A stretch of DNA of 64,000 nt, from the NCBI GenBank assembly GCA_964016885.1, contig OZ024745.1, positions 59,582,001 through 59,646,000 of the forward strand, in the 5' to 3' direction. Made by a program: the position numbers and the translations under genes. This document shows, one piece after another, positions 1-13,749 of this stretch. The stretch comes from Eledone cirrhosa (taxonomy: Eukaryota). Positions within the stretch are counted from its first letter, which is position 1; every line of letters starts with the position of its first letter. The notes beneath the pieces were generated by a model. The model did not search any database. It was given only the letters and a program-made list of their open reading frames with translations, and was not told where the DNA came from.

Positions 1-3000
1 TCGACTTGGAGTGAAAACCTGGTCTTGGAGTGAAAACCTGGTCTTGGAGTGAAAACCTCGACTTGGAGTGAAAACCTCGACTTGGAGTGAAAACCTCGAC
101 TTGGAGTGAGAACCTCGACTTGGAGTGAAAACCTCGACTTGGAGTGAAAACCTCGACTTGGAGTGAGAACCTCGACTTGGAGTGAAAACCTCGACTTGGA
201 GTGAAAACCTCGACTTGGAGTGAGAACCTCGACTTGCAGTGAGAACCTCGACTTGGAGTGAGAACCTCGACTTGGAGTGAGAACCTCGACTTGGAGTGAG
301 AACCTCGACTTGGAGTGAAAACCTCGACTTGGAGTGAGAACCTCGACTTGGAGTGAAAACCTCGACTTGGAGTGAGAACCTCGACTTGGAGTGAAAACCT
401 CGACTTGGAGTGAGAACCTCGACTTGGAGTGAAAACCTCGACTTGGAGTGAGAACCTCGACTTGGAGTGAAAACCTCGACTTGGAGTGAAAACCTCGACT
501 TGGAGTGAAAACCTCGACTTGGAGTGAAAACCTCGACTTGGAGTGAAAACCTCGACTTGGAGTGAGAACCTCGACTTGGAGTGAAAACCTCGACTTGGAG
601 TGAAAACCTCGACTTGGAGTGAAAACCTCGACTTGGAGTGAAAACCTCGACTTGGAGTGAGAACCTCGCCTTGGAGTGAAAACCTCGACTTGGAGTGAAA
701 ACCTCGACTTGGAGTGAAAACCTCGACTTGGAGTGAAAACCTGGACTTGGAGTGAAAACCTCGACTTGGAGTGAAAACCTCGACTTGGAGTGAGAACCTC
801 GACTTGGAGTGAAAACCTCGACTTGGAGTGAGAACCTCGACTTGGAGTGAAAACCTCGACTTGGAGTGAAAACCTCGACTTGGAGTGAGAACCTCGACTT
901 GGAGTGAGAACCTCGACTTGGAGTGAGAACCTCGACTTGGAGTGAGAACCTCGACTTGGAGTGAGAACCTCGACTTGGAGTGAGAACCTCGACTTGGAGT
1001 GAGAACCTCGACTTGGAGTGAGAACCTCGACTTGGAGTGAAAACCTCGACTTGGAGTGAGAACCTCGACTTGGAGTCAAAACCTCGACTTGGAGTGAGAA
1101 CCTCGACTTGGAGTGAAAACCTCGACTTGGAGTGAGAACCTCGACTTGGAGTGAAAACCTCGACTTGGAGTGAGAACCTCGATTTGGTGTGAAAACCTCG
1201 ACTTGGAGTGAGAACCTCGATTTGGTGTGAAAACCTCGACTTGGAGTGAGAACCTCGATTTGGTGTGAAAACCTCGACTTGGAGTGAGAACCTCGATTTG
1301 GTGTGAAAACCTCGACTTGGAGTGAGAACCTCGATTTGGAGTGAAAACCTCGACTTGGAGTGAGAACCTCGACTTGGAGTGAGAACCTCGAGTTGGAGTG
1401 AGAACCTCGACTTGGAGTGAAAACCTCGACTTGGAGGAGTGAGAACCTCGACTTGGAGTGAAAACCTCGACTTGGATTGAAAACCTCGACTTGGAGTGAA
1501 AACCTCGACTTGGAGTGAAAACCTCGACTTGGAGTGAAAACCTCGACTTGGAGTGAGAACCTCGACTTGGAGTGAGAACCTCGACTTGGAGTGAAAACCT
1601 CGACTTGGAGTGAGAACCTCGACTTGGAGTGAAAACCTCGACTTGGAGTGAGAACCTCGACTTGGAGTGAAAACCTCGACTTGGAGTGAGAACCTCGCCT
1701 TGGAGTGAAAACCTCGACTTTGAGTGAGAACCTCGATTGGAGTGAAAACCTCGACTTGGAGTGAAAACCTCGACTTGGAGTGAGAACCTCGAGTTGGAGT
1801 GAGAACCTCGACTTGGAGTGAGAACCTCGACTTGGAGTGAAAACCTCGACATGGAGTGAGAACCTCGACTTGGAGTGAAAACCTCGACATGGAGTGAAAA
1901 CCGCGACTTGGAGTGAGAACCTCGTCTTGGAGTGAAAACCTCGACTTGGAGTGAAAACCTCGACTTGGAGTGAGAACCTCGACTTGGAGTGAAAACCTCG
2001 ACTTGGAGTGAGAACCTCGCCTTGGAGTGAAAACCTCGACTTTGAGTGAGAACCTCGATTGGAGTGAAAACCTCGACTTGGAGTGAGAACCTCGACTTGG
2101 AGTGAAAACCTCGACTTGGAGTGAGAACCTCGACTTGGAGTGAAAACCTCGACTTGGAGTGAAAACCTCGACTTGGAGTGAAAACCTCGACTTGGAGTGA
2201 AAACCTCGACTTGGAGTGAAAACCTCGACTTGGAGTGAGAACCTCGACTTGGAGTGAAAACCTCGACTTGGAGTGAGAACCTCGACTTGGAGTGAGAACC
2301 TCGATTTGGAGTGAAAACCTCGACTTGGAGTGAAAACCTCGACTTGGAGTGAGAACCTCGACTTGGAGTGAAAACCTCGACTTGGAGTGAGAACCTCGCC
2401 TTGGAGTGAAAACCTCGACTTTGAGTGAGAACCTCGATTGGAGTGAAAACCTCGACTTGGAGTGAAAACCTCGACTTGGAGTGAGAACCTCGACTTGGAG
2501 TGAAAACCTCGACTTGGAGTGAAAACCTCGACTTGGAGTGAAAACCTCGACTTGGAGTGAAAACCTCGACTTGGAGTGAAAACCTCGACTTGGAGTGAAA
2601 ACCTCGACTTGGAGTGAGAACCTCGACTTGGAGTGAGAACCTCGACTTGGAGTGAAAACCTCGACTTGGAGTGAAAACCTCGACTTGGAGTGAAAACCTC
2701 GACTTGGAGTGAGAACCTCGACTTGGAGTGAGAACCTCGACTTGGAGTGAGAACCTCGACTTGGAGTGAGAACCTCGACTTGGAGTGAGAACCTCGACTT
2801 GGAGTGAAAACCTCGACTTGGAGTGAGAACCTCGACTTGGAGTGAAAACCTCGACTTGGAGTGAGAACCTCGACTTGGAGTGAAAACCTCGACTTGGAGT
2901 GAAAACCTCGACTTGGAGTGAGAACCTCGACTTGGAGTGAGAACCTCGACTTGGAGTGAGAACCTCGCCTTGGAGTGAGAACCTCGACTTGGAGTGAGAA

Positions 3001-6000
3001 CCTCGACTTGGAGTGAGAACCTCGATTTGGAGTGAGAACCTCGACTTGGAGTGAAAACCTCGACTTGGATTGAAAACCTCGACTTGGAGTGAAAACCTCG
3101 ACTTGGAGTGAAAACCTCGACTTGGAGTGAAAACCTCGACTTGGAGTGAGAACCTCGACTTGGAGTGAGAACCTCGACTTGGAGTGAAAACCTCGACTTG
3201 GAGTGAGAACCTCGACTTGGAGTGAAAACCTCGACTTGGAGTGAGAACCTCGACTTGGAGTGAAAACCTCGACTTGGAGTGAGAACCTCGCCTTGGAGTG
3301 AAAACCTCGACTTTGAGTGAGAACCTCGATTGGAGTGAAAACCTCGACTTGGAGTGAAAACCTCGACTTGGAGTGAGAACCTCGACTTGGAGTGAAAACC
3401 TCGACTTGGAGTGAAAACCTCGACTTGGAGTGAAAACCTCGACTTGGAGTGAAAACCTCGACTTGGAGTGAAAACCTCGACTTGGAGTGAAAACCTCGAC
3501 TTGGAGTGAAAACCTCGACTTGGAGTGAAAACCTCGACTTGGAGTGAGAACCTCGACTTGGAGTGAGAACCTCGACTTGGAGTGAAAACCTCGACTTGGA
3601 GTGAAAACCTCGACTTGGAGTGAAAACCTCGACTTGGAGTGAAAACCTCGACTTGGAGTGAGAACCTCGACTTGGAGTGAGAACCTCGACTTGGAGTGAG
3701 AACCTCGACTTGGAGTGAGAACCTCGACTTGGAGTGAAAACCTCGACTTGGAGTGAGAACCTCGACTTGGAGTGAAAACCTCGACTTGAAGTGAGAACCT
3801 CGACTTGGAGTGAAAACCTCGACTTGGAGTGAGAACCTCGACTTGGAGTGAAAACCTCGACTTGGAGTGAAAACCTCGACTTGGAGTGAGAACCTCGACT
3901 TGGAGTGAAAACCTCGACTTGGAGTGAGAACCTCGCCTTGGAGTGAGAACCTCGACTTGGAGTGAGAACCTCGACTTGGAGTGAGAACCTCGATTTGGAG
4001 TGAGAACCTCGACTTGGAGTGAAAACCTCGACTTGGAGTGAAAACCTCGACTTGGAGTGAAAACCTAGACTTGGAGTGAAAACCTCGATTTGGAGTGAAA
4101 ACCTCGACTTGGAGTGAAAACCTCGATTTGGAGTGAAAACCTCGACTTGGAGTGAGAACCTCGACTTGGAGTGAGAACCTCGACTTGGAGTGAAAACCTC
4201 GACTTGGAGTGAGAACCTCGACTTGGAGTGAGAACCTCGACTTGGAGTGAGAACCTCGACTTGGAGTGAAAACCTCGACTTGGAGTGAGAACCTCGACTT
4301 GGAGTGAAAACCTCGACTTGGAGTGAGAACCTCGCCTTGGAGTGAAAACCTCGACTTGGAGTGAAAACCTCGACTTGGAGTGAGAACCTCGACTTGGAGT
4401 GAAAACCTCGACTTGGAGTGAGAACCTCGACTTGGAGTGAGAACCTCGACTTGGAGTGAAAACCTCGACTTGGAGTGAAAACCTCGACTTGGAGTGAAAA
4501 CCTCGACTTGGAGTGAAAACCTCGACTTGGAGTGAGAACCTCGACTTGGAGTGAGAACCTCGATTTGGAGTGAGAACCTCGATTTGGAGTGAGAACCTCG
4601 ACTTGGAGTGAAAACCTCGATTTGGAGTGAGAATCTCGACTTGGAGTGAAAACCTCGATTTGGAGTGAAAACCTCGACTTGGAGTGAAAACCTCGACTTG
4701 GAGTGAGAACCTCGACTTGGAGTGAAAACCTCGACTTGGAGTGAGAACCTCGACTTGGAGTGAAAACCTCGACTTGGAGTGAAAACCTCGACTTGGAGTG
4801 AAAACCTCGACTTGGAGTGAGAACCTCGACTTGGAGTGAGAACCTCGACTTGGAGTGAGAACCTCGACTTGGAGTGAAAACCTCGACTTGGAGTGAAAAC
4901 CTCGACTTGGAGTGAGAACCTCGACTTGGAGTGAGAACCTCGACTTGGAGTGAAAACCTCGACTTGGAGTGAGAACCTCGACTTGGAGTGAAAACCTCGA
5001 CTTGGAGTGAGAACCTCGACTTGGAGTGAAAACCTCGACTTGGAGTGAAAACCTCGACTTGGAGTGAAAACCTCGACTTGGAGTGAAAACCTCGACTTGG
5101 AGTGAAAACCTCGACTTGGAGTGAGAACCTCGACTTGGAGTGAAAACCTCGACTTGGAGTGAGAACCTCGACTTGGAGTGAAAACCTCGACTTGGAGTGA
5201 GAACCTCGACTTGGAGTGAGAACCTCGACTTGGAGTGAAAACCTCGACTTGGAGTGAGAACCTCGACTTGGAGTGAGAACCTCGCCTTGGAGTGAAAACC
5301 TCGACTTGGAGTCAAAACCTCGACTTGGAGTGAGAACCTCGACTTGGAGTCAAAACCTCGACTTGGAGTGAGAACCTCGCCTTGGAGTGAAAACCTCGAC
5401 TTGGAGTGAAAACCTCGACTTGGAGTGAAAACCTCGACTTGGAGTGAAAACCTCGACTTGGAGTGAAAACCTCGATTTGGAGTGAGAACCTCGACTTGGA
5501 GTGAAAACCTCGACTTGGAGTGAAAACCTCGACTTGGAGTGAGAACCTCGACTTGGAGTGAAAACCTCGACTTGGAGTGAAAACCTCGACTTGGAGTGAG
5601 AACCTCGACTTGGAGTGAGAACCTCGACTTGGAGTGAAAACCTCGACTTGGAGTGAGAACCTCGACTTGGAGTGAAAACCTCGACTTGGAGTGAGAACCT
5701 CGACTTGGAGTGAAAACCTCGACTTGGAGTGAGAACCTCGACTTGGAGTGAAAACCTCGACTTGGAGTGAGAACCTCGACTTGGAGTGAAAACCTCGACT
5801 TGGAGTGAGAACCTCGCCTTGGAGTGAAAACCTCGACTTGGAGTGAAAACCTCGACTTGGAGTGAAAACCTCGATTTGGAGTGAAAACCTCGACTTGGAG
5901 TGAAAACCTCGACTTGGAGTGAAAACCTCGACTTGGAGTGAAAACCTCGACTTGGAGTGAGAACCTCGACTTGGAGTGAAAACCTCGACTTGGAGTGAGA

Positions 6001-9000
6001 ACCTCGACTTGGAGTGAAAACCTCGACTTGGAGTGAGAACCTCGACTTGGAGTGAAAACCTCGACTTGGAGTGAAAACCTCGACTTGGAGTGAGAACCTC
6101 GACTTGGAGTGAAAACCTCGACTTGGAGTGAAAACCTCGACTTGGAGTGAGAACCTCGACTTGGAGTGAAAACCTCGACTTGGAGTGAAAACCTCGACTT
6201 GGAGTGAAAACCTCGACTTGGAGTGAAAACCTCGACTTGGAGTGAGAACCTCGACTTGGAGTGAGAACCTCGATTTGGAGTGAGAACCTCGACTTGGAGT
6301 GAAAACCTCGACTTGGAGTGAAAACCTCGACTTGGAGTGAGAACCTCGACTTGGAGTGAGAACCTCGACTTGGAGTGAAAACCTCGACTTGGAGTGAGAA
6401 CCTCGACTTGGAGTGAAAACCTCGACTTGGAGTGAGAACCTCGACTTGGAGTGAAAACCTCGACTTGGAGTGAAAACCTCGACTTGGAGTGAAAACCTCG
6501 ACTTGGAGTGAAAACCTCGCCTTGGAGTGAAAACCTCGACTTGGAGTGAAAACCTCGACTTGGAGTGAGAACCTCGACTTGGAGTGAAAACCTCGACTTG
6601 GAGTGAAAACCTCGCCTTGGAGTGAAAACCTCGACTTGGAGTGAAAACCTCGATTTGGAGTGAAAACCTCGACTTGGAGTGAGAACCTCGACTTGGAGTG
6701 AGAACCTCGAGTTGGAGTGAGAACCTCGACTTGGAGTGAAAACCTCGACTTGGAGTGAGAACCTCGACTTGGAGTGAAAACCTCGACTTGGAGTGAGAAC
6801 CTCGACTTGGAGTGAAAACCTCGACTTGGAGTGAAAACCTCGATTTGGAGTGAGAACCTCGACTTGGAGTGAGAACCTCGCCTTGGAGTGAAAACCTCGA
6901 CTTGGAGTGAAAACCTCGACTTGGAGTGAGAACCTCGACTTGGAGTGAAAACCTCGACTTGGAGTGAGAACCTCGACTTGGAGTGAAAACCTCGACTTGG
7001 AGTGAGAACCTCGACTTGGAGTGAGAACCTCGACTTGGAGTGAAAACCTCGACTTGGAGTGAAAACCTCGACTTGGAGTGAAAACCTCGACTTGGAGTGA
7101 AAACCTCGATTTGGAGTGAAAACCTCGACTTGGAGTGAAAACCTCGACTTGGAGTGAGAACCTCGACTTGGAGTGAGAACCTCGACTTGGAGTGAAAAAC
7201 TCGACATGCAGTGAAAACCTCGACTTGGAGTGAGAACCTCGACTTGGAGTGAGAACCTCGACTTGGAGTGAAAACCTCGACTTGGAGTGAAAACCTCGAC
7301 TTGGAGTGAAAACCTCGATTTGGAGTGAAAACCTAGACTTGGAGTGAAAACCTCGATTTGGAGTGAAAACCTCGATTTGGAGTGAAAACCTCGACTTGGA
7401 GTGAGAACCTCGACTTGGAGTGAAAACCTCGACTTGGAGTGAGAACCTCGACTTGGAGTGAAAACCTCGACTTGGAGTGAGAACCTCGACTTGGAGTGAA
7501 AACCTCGACTTGGAGTGAGAACCTCGACTTGGAGTGAAAACCTCGACTTTGAGTGAGAACCTCGCCTTGGAGTGAAAACCTCGACTTGGAGTGAAAACCT
7601 CGACTTGGAGTGAGAACCTCGACTTGGAGTGAAAACCTCGACTTGGAGTGAGAACCTCGACTTGGAGTGAAAACCTCGACTTGGAGTGAAAACCTCGACT
7701 TGGAGTGAAAACCTCGACTTGGAGTGAAAACCTCGACTTGGAGTGAAAACCTCGACTTGGAGTGAAAACCTCGACTTGGAGTGAGAACCTCAACTTGGAG
7801 TGAGAACCTCGACTTGGAGTGAAAAACTCGACTTGGAGTAAAAACCTCGACTTGGAGTGAGAACCTCGACTTGGAGTGAAAACCTCGACTTGGAGTGAAA
7901 ACCTCGACTTGGAGTGAAAACCTCGACTTGGAGTGAGAACCTTGCCTTGGAGTGAAAACCTCGCCTTGGAGTGAAAACCTCGACTTTGAGTGAGAACCTC
8001 GATTGGAGTGAAAACCTCGACTTGGAGTGAGAACCTCGACTTGGAGTGAGAACCTCGACTTGGAGTGAGAACCTCGACTTGGAGTGAGAACCTCGACTTG
8101 GAGTGAAAACCTCGACTTGGAGTGAGAACCTCGACTTGGAGTAAAAACCTCGACTTGGAGTGAGAACCTCGGCTTGGAGTGAAAACCTCGACTTGGAGTG
8201 AGAACCTCGGCTTGGAGTGAAAACCTCGACTTGGAGTGAGAACCTCGACTTGGAGTGAAAACCTCGACTTGGAGAGAGAACCTCGACTTGGAGTGAAAAC
8301 CTCGACTTGGAGTGAAAACCTCGACTTGGAGTGAGAACCTCGACTTGGAGTGAGAACCTCGACTTGGAGTGAGAACCTCGACTTGGAGTGAGAACCTCGA
8401 CTTGGAGTGAGAACCTCGACTTGGAGTGAAAACCTCGACTTGGAGTGAAAACCTCGACTTGGAGTGAGAACCTCGACTTGGAGTGAGAACCTCGACTTGG
8501 AGTGAAAACCTCGACTTGGAGTGAGAACCTCGACTTGGAGTGAAAACCTCGACTTGGAGTGAGAACCTCGACTTGGAGTGAAAACCTCGACTTGGAGTGA
8601 AAACCTCGACTTGGAGTGAAAACCTCGACTTGGAGTGAAAACCTCGACTTGGAGTGAAAACCTCGACTTGGAGTGAGAACCTCGACTTGGAGTGAAAACC
8701 TCGACTTGGAGTGAAAACCTCGACTTGGAGTGAAAACCTCGACTTGGAGTGAAAACCTCGACTTGGAGTGAGAACCTCGCCTTGGAGTGAAAACCTCGAC
8801 TTGGAGTGAAAACCTGGACTTGGAGTGAAAACCTCGACTTGGAGTGAAAACCTCGACTTGGAGTGAGAACCTCGGCTTGGAGTGAAAACCTCGACTTGGA
8901 GTGAGAACCTCGACTTGGAGTGAAAACCTCGACTTGGAGTGAAAACCTCGACTTGGAGTGAAAACCTCGACTTGGAGTGAAAACCTCGACTTGGAGTGAA

Positions 9001-9849
9001 AACCTCGACTTGGAGTGAGAACCTCGACTTGGAGTGAGAACCTCGACTTGGAGTGAGAACCTCGACTTGGAGTGAAAACCTCGACTTGGAGTGAGAACCT
9101 CGACTTGGAGTGAGAACCTCGACTTGGAGTGAAAACCTCGACTTGGAGTGAGAACCTCGACTTGGAGTGAAAACCTCGTCTTGGAGTGAGAACCTCGACT
9201 TGGAGTGAAAACCTCGACTTGGAGTGAAAACCTCGACTTGGAGTGAAAACCTCGACTTGGAGTGAAAACCTCGACTTGGAGTGAAAACCTCGACTTGGAG
9301 TGAGAACCTCGACTTGGAGTGAAAACCTCGACTTGGAGTGAAAACCTCGACTTGGAGTGAAAACCTCGACTTGGAGTGAAAACCTCGACTTGGAGTGAGA
9401 ACCTCGCCTTGGAGTGAAAACCTCGACTTGGAGTGAAAACCTGGACTTGGAGTGAAAACCTCGACTTGGAGTGAGAACCTGGACTTGGAGTGAAAACCTC
9501 GACTTGGAGTGAGAACCTCGACTTGGAGTGAAAACCTCGACTTGGAGTGAAAACCTCGACTTGGAGTGAAAACCTCGACTTGGAGTGAGAACCTCGACTT
9601 GGAGTGAGAACCTCGACTTGGAGTGAGAACCTCGACTTGGAGTGAGAACCTCGACTTGGAGTGAGAACCTCGACTTGGAGTCAAAACCTCGACTTGGAGT
9701 GAGAACCTCGACTTGGAGTCAAAACCTCGACTTGGAGTGAGAACCTCGACTTGGAGTCAAAACCTCGACTTGGAGTGAGAACCTCGACTTGGAGTGAAAA
9801 CCTCGACTTGGAGTGAGAACCTCGACTTGGAGTGAAAACCTCGACTTGG

Positions 9850-10080
9850 AGTGAGAACCTCGATTTGGTGTGAAAACCTCGACTTGGAGTGAGAACCTCG
9901 ATTTGGTGTGAAAACCTCGACTTGGAGTGAGAACCTCGATTTGGTGTGAAAACCTCGACTTGGAGTGAGAACCTCGATTTGGTGTGAAAACCTCGACTTG
10001 GAGTGAGAACCTCGATTTGGTGTGAAAACCTCGACTTGGAGTGAGAACCTCGATTTGGTGTGAAAACCTCGACTTGGAGT
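9850..10080. repeat. 38-bp dimer sub-array (GAGAACCTCGATTTGGTGTGAAAACCTCGACTTGGAGT)x6
   Basis: The variant atttggtgtg occurs at about 9863, 9901, 9939, 9977, 10015 and 10053, exactly 38 bp apart. Shorter versions are at about 1182-1300 (x4), 13758-13880 (x4), 14689-14770 (x3), 15715-15875 (x5) and 20065-20185 (x4). Confidence 0.9.
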
Positions 10081-13000
10081 GAGAACCTCGATTTGGAGTG
10101 AGAACCTCGACTTGGAGTGAAAACCTCGACTTAGAGTGAGAACCTCGACTTGGAGTGAAAACCTCGACTTGGAGTGAGAACCTCGACTTGGAGTGAAAAC
10201 CTCGACTTGGAGTGAGAACCTCGACTTGGAGTGAAAACCTCGACTTGGAGTGAGAACCTCGACTTGGAGTGAAAACCTCGACTTGGAGTGAGAACCTCGA
10301 CTTGGAGTGAAAACCTCGACTTGGAGTGAAAACCTCGACTTGGAGTGAGAACCTCGACTTGGAGTGAAAACCTCGACTTGGAGTGAGAACCTCGACTTGG
10401 AGTGAAAACCTCGACTTGGAGTGAGAACCTCGACTTGGAGTGAAAACCTCGACTTGGAGTGAATACCTCGCCTTGGAGTGAAAACCTCGACTTGGAGTGA
10501 AAACCTCGACTTGGAGTGAAAACCTCGACTTGGAGTGAAAACCTCGACTTGGAGTGAGAACCTCGACTTGGAGTGAAAACCTCGACTTGGAGTGAAAACC
10601 TCGATTTGGAGTGAAAACCTCGAGTTGGAGTGAGAACCTCGACTTGGAGTGAGAACCTCGACTTGGAGTGAGAACCTCGACTTGGAGTGAAAACCTCGAC
10701 TTGGAGTGAGAACCTCGACTTGGAGTGAAAACCTCGACTTGGAGTGAGAACCTCGACTTGGAGTGAAAACCTCGACTTGGAGTGAGAACCTCGCCTTGGA
10801 GTGAAAACCTCGACTTGGAGTGAAAACCTCGACTTGGAGTGAGAACCTCGACTTGGAGTGAAAACCTCGACTTGGAGTGAGAACCTCGACTTGGAGTGAA
10901 AACCTCGACTTGGAGTGAGAACCTCGACTTGGAGTGAAAACCTCGACTTGGAGTGAGAACCTCGACTTGGAGTGAAAACCTCGACTTGGAGTGAAAACCT
11001 CGACTTGGAGTGAAAACCTCGATTTGGAGTGAAAACCTCGACTTGGAGTGAAAACCTCGACTTGGAGTGAGAACCTCGACTTGGAGTGAGAACCTCGACT
11101 TGGAGTGAAAAACTCGACATGCAGTGAAAACCTCGACTTTGAGTGAGAACCTCGACTTGGAGTGAAAACCTCGAGTTGGAGTGAAAACCTCGACTTGGAG
11201 TGAAAACCTCGACTTGGAGTGAAAACCTCGATTTGGAGTGAAAACCTAGACTTGGAGTGAAAACCTCGATTTGGAGTGAAAACCTAGACTTGGAGTGAAA
11301 ATCTCGATTTGGAGTGAAAACCTCGATTTGGAGTGAAAACCTCGACTTGGAGTGAGAACCTCGACTTGGAGTGAGAACCTCGAGTTGGAGTGAGAACCTC
11401 GACTTGGAGTGAAAACCTCGACTTGGAGTGAGAACCTCGACTTGGAGTGAAAACCTCGACTTGGAGTGAAAACCTCGACTTGGAGTGAAAACCTCGACTT
11501 GGAGTGAAAACCTCGATTTGGAGTGAAAACCTCGACTTGGAGTGAAAACCTCGACTTGGAGTGAAAACCTCGACTTGGAGTGAAAACCTCGACTTGGAGT
11601 GAGAACCTCGACTTGGAGTGAAAACCTCGACTTGGAGTGAGAACCTCGACTTGGAGTGAAAACCTCGACTTGGAGTGAGAACCTCGACTTGGAGTGAAAA
11701 CCTCGACTTGGAGTGAAAACCTCGACTTGGAGTGAGAACCTCGACTTGGAGTGAAAACCTCGACTTGGAGTGAAAACCTCGACTTGGAGTGAGAACCTCG
11801 ACTTGGAGTGAAAACCTCGACTTGGAGTGAAAACCTCGACTTGGAGTGAAAACCTCGACTTGGAGTGAAAACCTCGACTTGGAGTGAGAACCTCGACTTG
11901 GAGTGAGAACCTCGATTTGGAGTGAAAACCTCGACTTGGAGTGAAAACCTCGACTTGGAGTGAAAACCTCGACTTGGAGTGAGAACCTCGACTTGGAGTG
12001 AAAACCGCGACTTGGAGTGAAAACCGCGACTTGGAGTGAAAATCGCGACTTGGAGTGAAAACCTCGACTTGGAGTGAGAACCTCGACTTGGAGTGAAAAC
12101 CTCGACTTGGAGTGAAAACCTCGACTTGGAGTGAGAACCTCGACTTGGAGTGAAAACCTCGACTTGGAGTGAGAACCTCGACTTGGAGTGAAAACCTCGA
12201 CTTGGAGTGAGAACCTCGACTTGGAGTGAAAACCTCGACTTGGAGTGAAAACCTCGCCTTGGAGTGAAAACCTCGACTTGGAGTGAAAACCTCGACTTGG
12301 AGTGAAAACCTCGACTTGGAGTGAAAACCTCGACTTGGAGTGAGAACCTCGACTTGGAGTGAAAACCTCGATTTGGAGTGAAAACCTCGATTTGGAGTGA
12401 AAACCTCGACTTGGAGTGAGAACCTCGACTTGGAGTGAGAACCTCGAGTTAGAGTGAGAACCTCGACTTGGAGTGAAAACCTCGACTTGGAGTGAGAACC
12501 TCGACTTGGAGTGAAAACCTCGACTTGGAGTGAGAACCTCGACTTGGAGTGAAAACCTCGACTTGGAGTGAGAACCTCGCCTTGGAGTGAAAACCTCGAC
12601 TTGGAGTGAGAACCTCGCCTTGGAGTGAAAACCTCGACTTGGAGTGAAAACCTCGACTTGGAGTGAGAACCTCGACTTGGAGTGAAAACCTCGACTTGGA
12701 GTGAGAACCTCGACTTGGAGTGAAAACCTCGACTTGGAGTGAGAACCTCGACTTGGAGTGAAAACCTCGACTTGGAGTGAAAACCTCGACTTGGAGTGAA
12801 AACCTCGACTTGGAGTGAAAACCTCGACTTGGAGTGAAAACCTCGATTTGGAGTGAAAACCTCGACTTGGAGTGAAAACCTCGACTTGGAGTGAAAACCT
12901 CGATTTGGAGTGAAAACCTCGACTTGGAGTGAAAACCTCGACTTGGAGTGAGAACCTCGACTTGGAGTGAGAACCTCGACTTGGTGTGAAAAACTCGACA

Positions 13001-13749
13001 TGCAGTGAAAACCTCGACTTGGAGTGAGAACCTCGACTTGGAGTGAAAACCTCGACTTGGAGTGAAAACCTCGACTTGGAGTGAAAACCTCGACTTGGAG
13101 TGAAAACCTCGATTTGGAGTGAAAACCTAGACTTGGAGTGAAAACCTCGATTTGGAGTGAAAACCTCGATTTGGAGTGAAAACCTCGACTTGGAGTGAGA
13201 ACCTCGACTTGGAGTGAGAACCTCGAGTTGGAGTGAGAACCTCGACTTGGAGTGAGAACCTCGAGTTGGAGTGAGAACCTCGACTTGGAGTGAAAACCTC
13301 GACTTGGAGTGAGAACCTCGACTTGGAGTGAAAACCTCGACTTGGAGTGAAAACCTCGACTTGGAGTGAGAACCTCGACTTGGAGTGAAAACCTCGACTT
13401 GGAGTGAAAACCTCGACTTGGAGTGAAAACCTCGACTTGGAGTGAGAACCTCGACTTGGAGTGAAAACCTCGACTTGGAGTGAGAACCTCGACTTGGAGT
13501 GAGAACCTCGACTTGGAGTGAGAACCTCGACTTGGAGTGAGAACCTCGACTTGGAGTGAGAACCTCGACTTGGAGTGAGAACCTCGACTTGGAGTGAGAA
13601 CCTCGACTTGGAGTGAGAACCTCGACTTGGAGTGAGAACCTCGACTTGGAGTCAAAACCTCGACTTGGAGTGAGAACCTCGACTTGGAGTGAAAACCTCG
13701 ACTTGGAGTGAGAACCTCGACTTGGAGTGAAAACCTCGACTTGGAGTGA

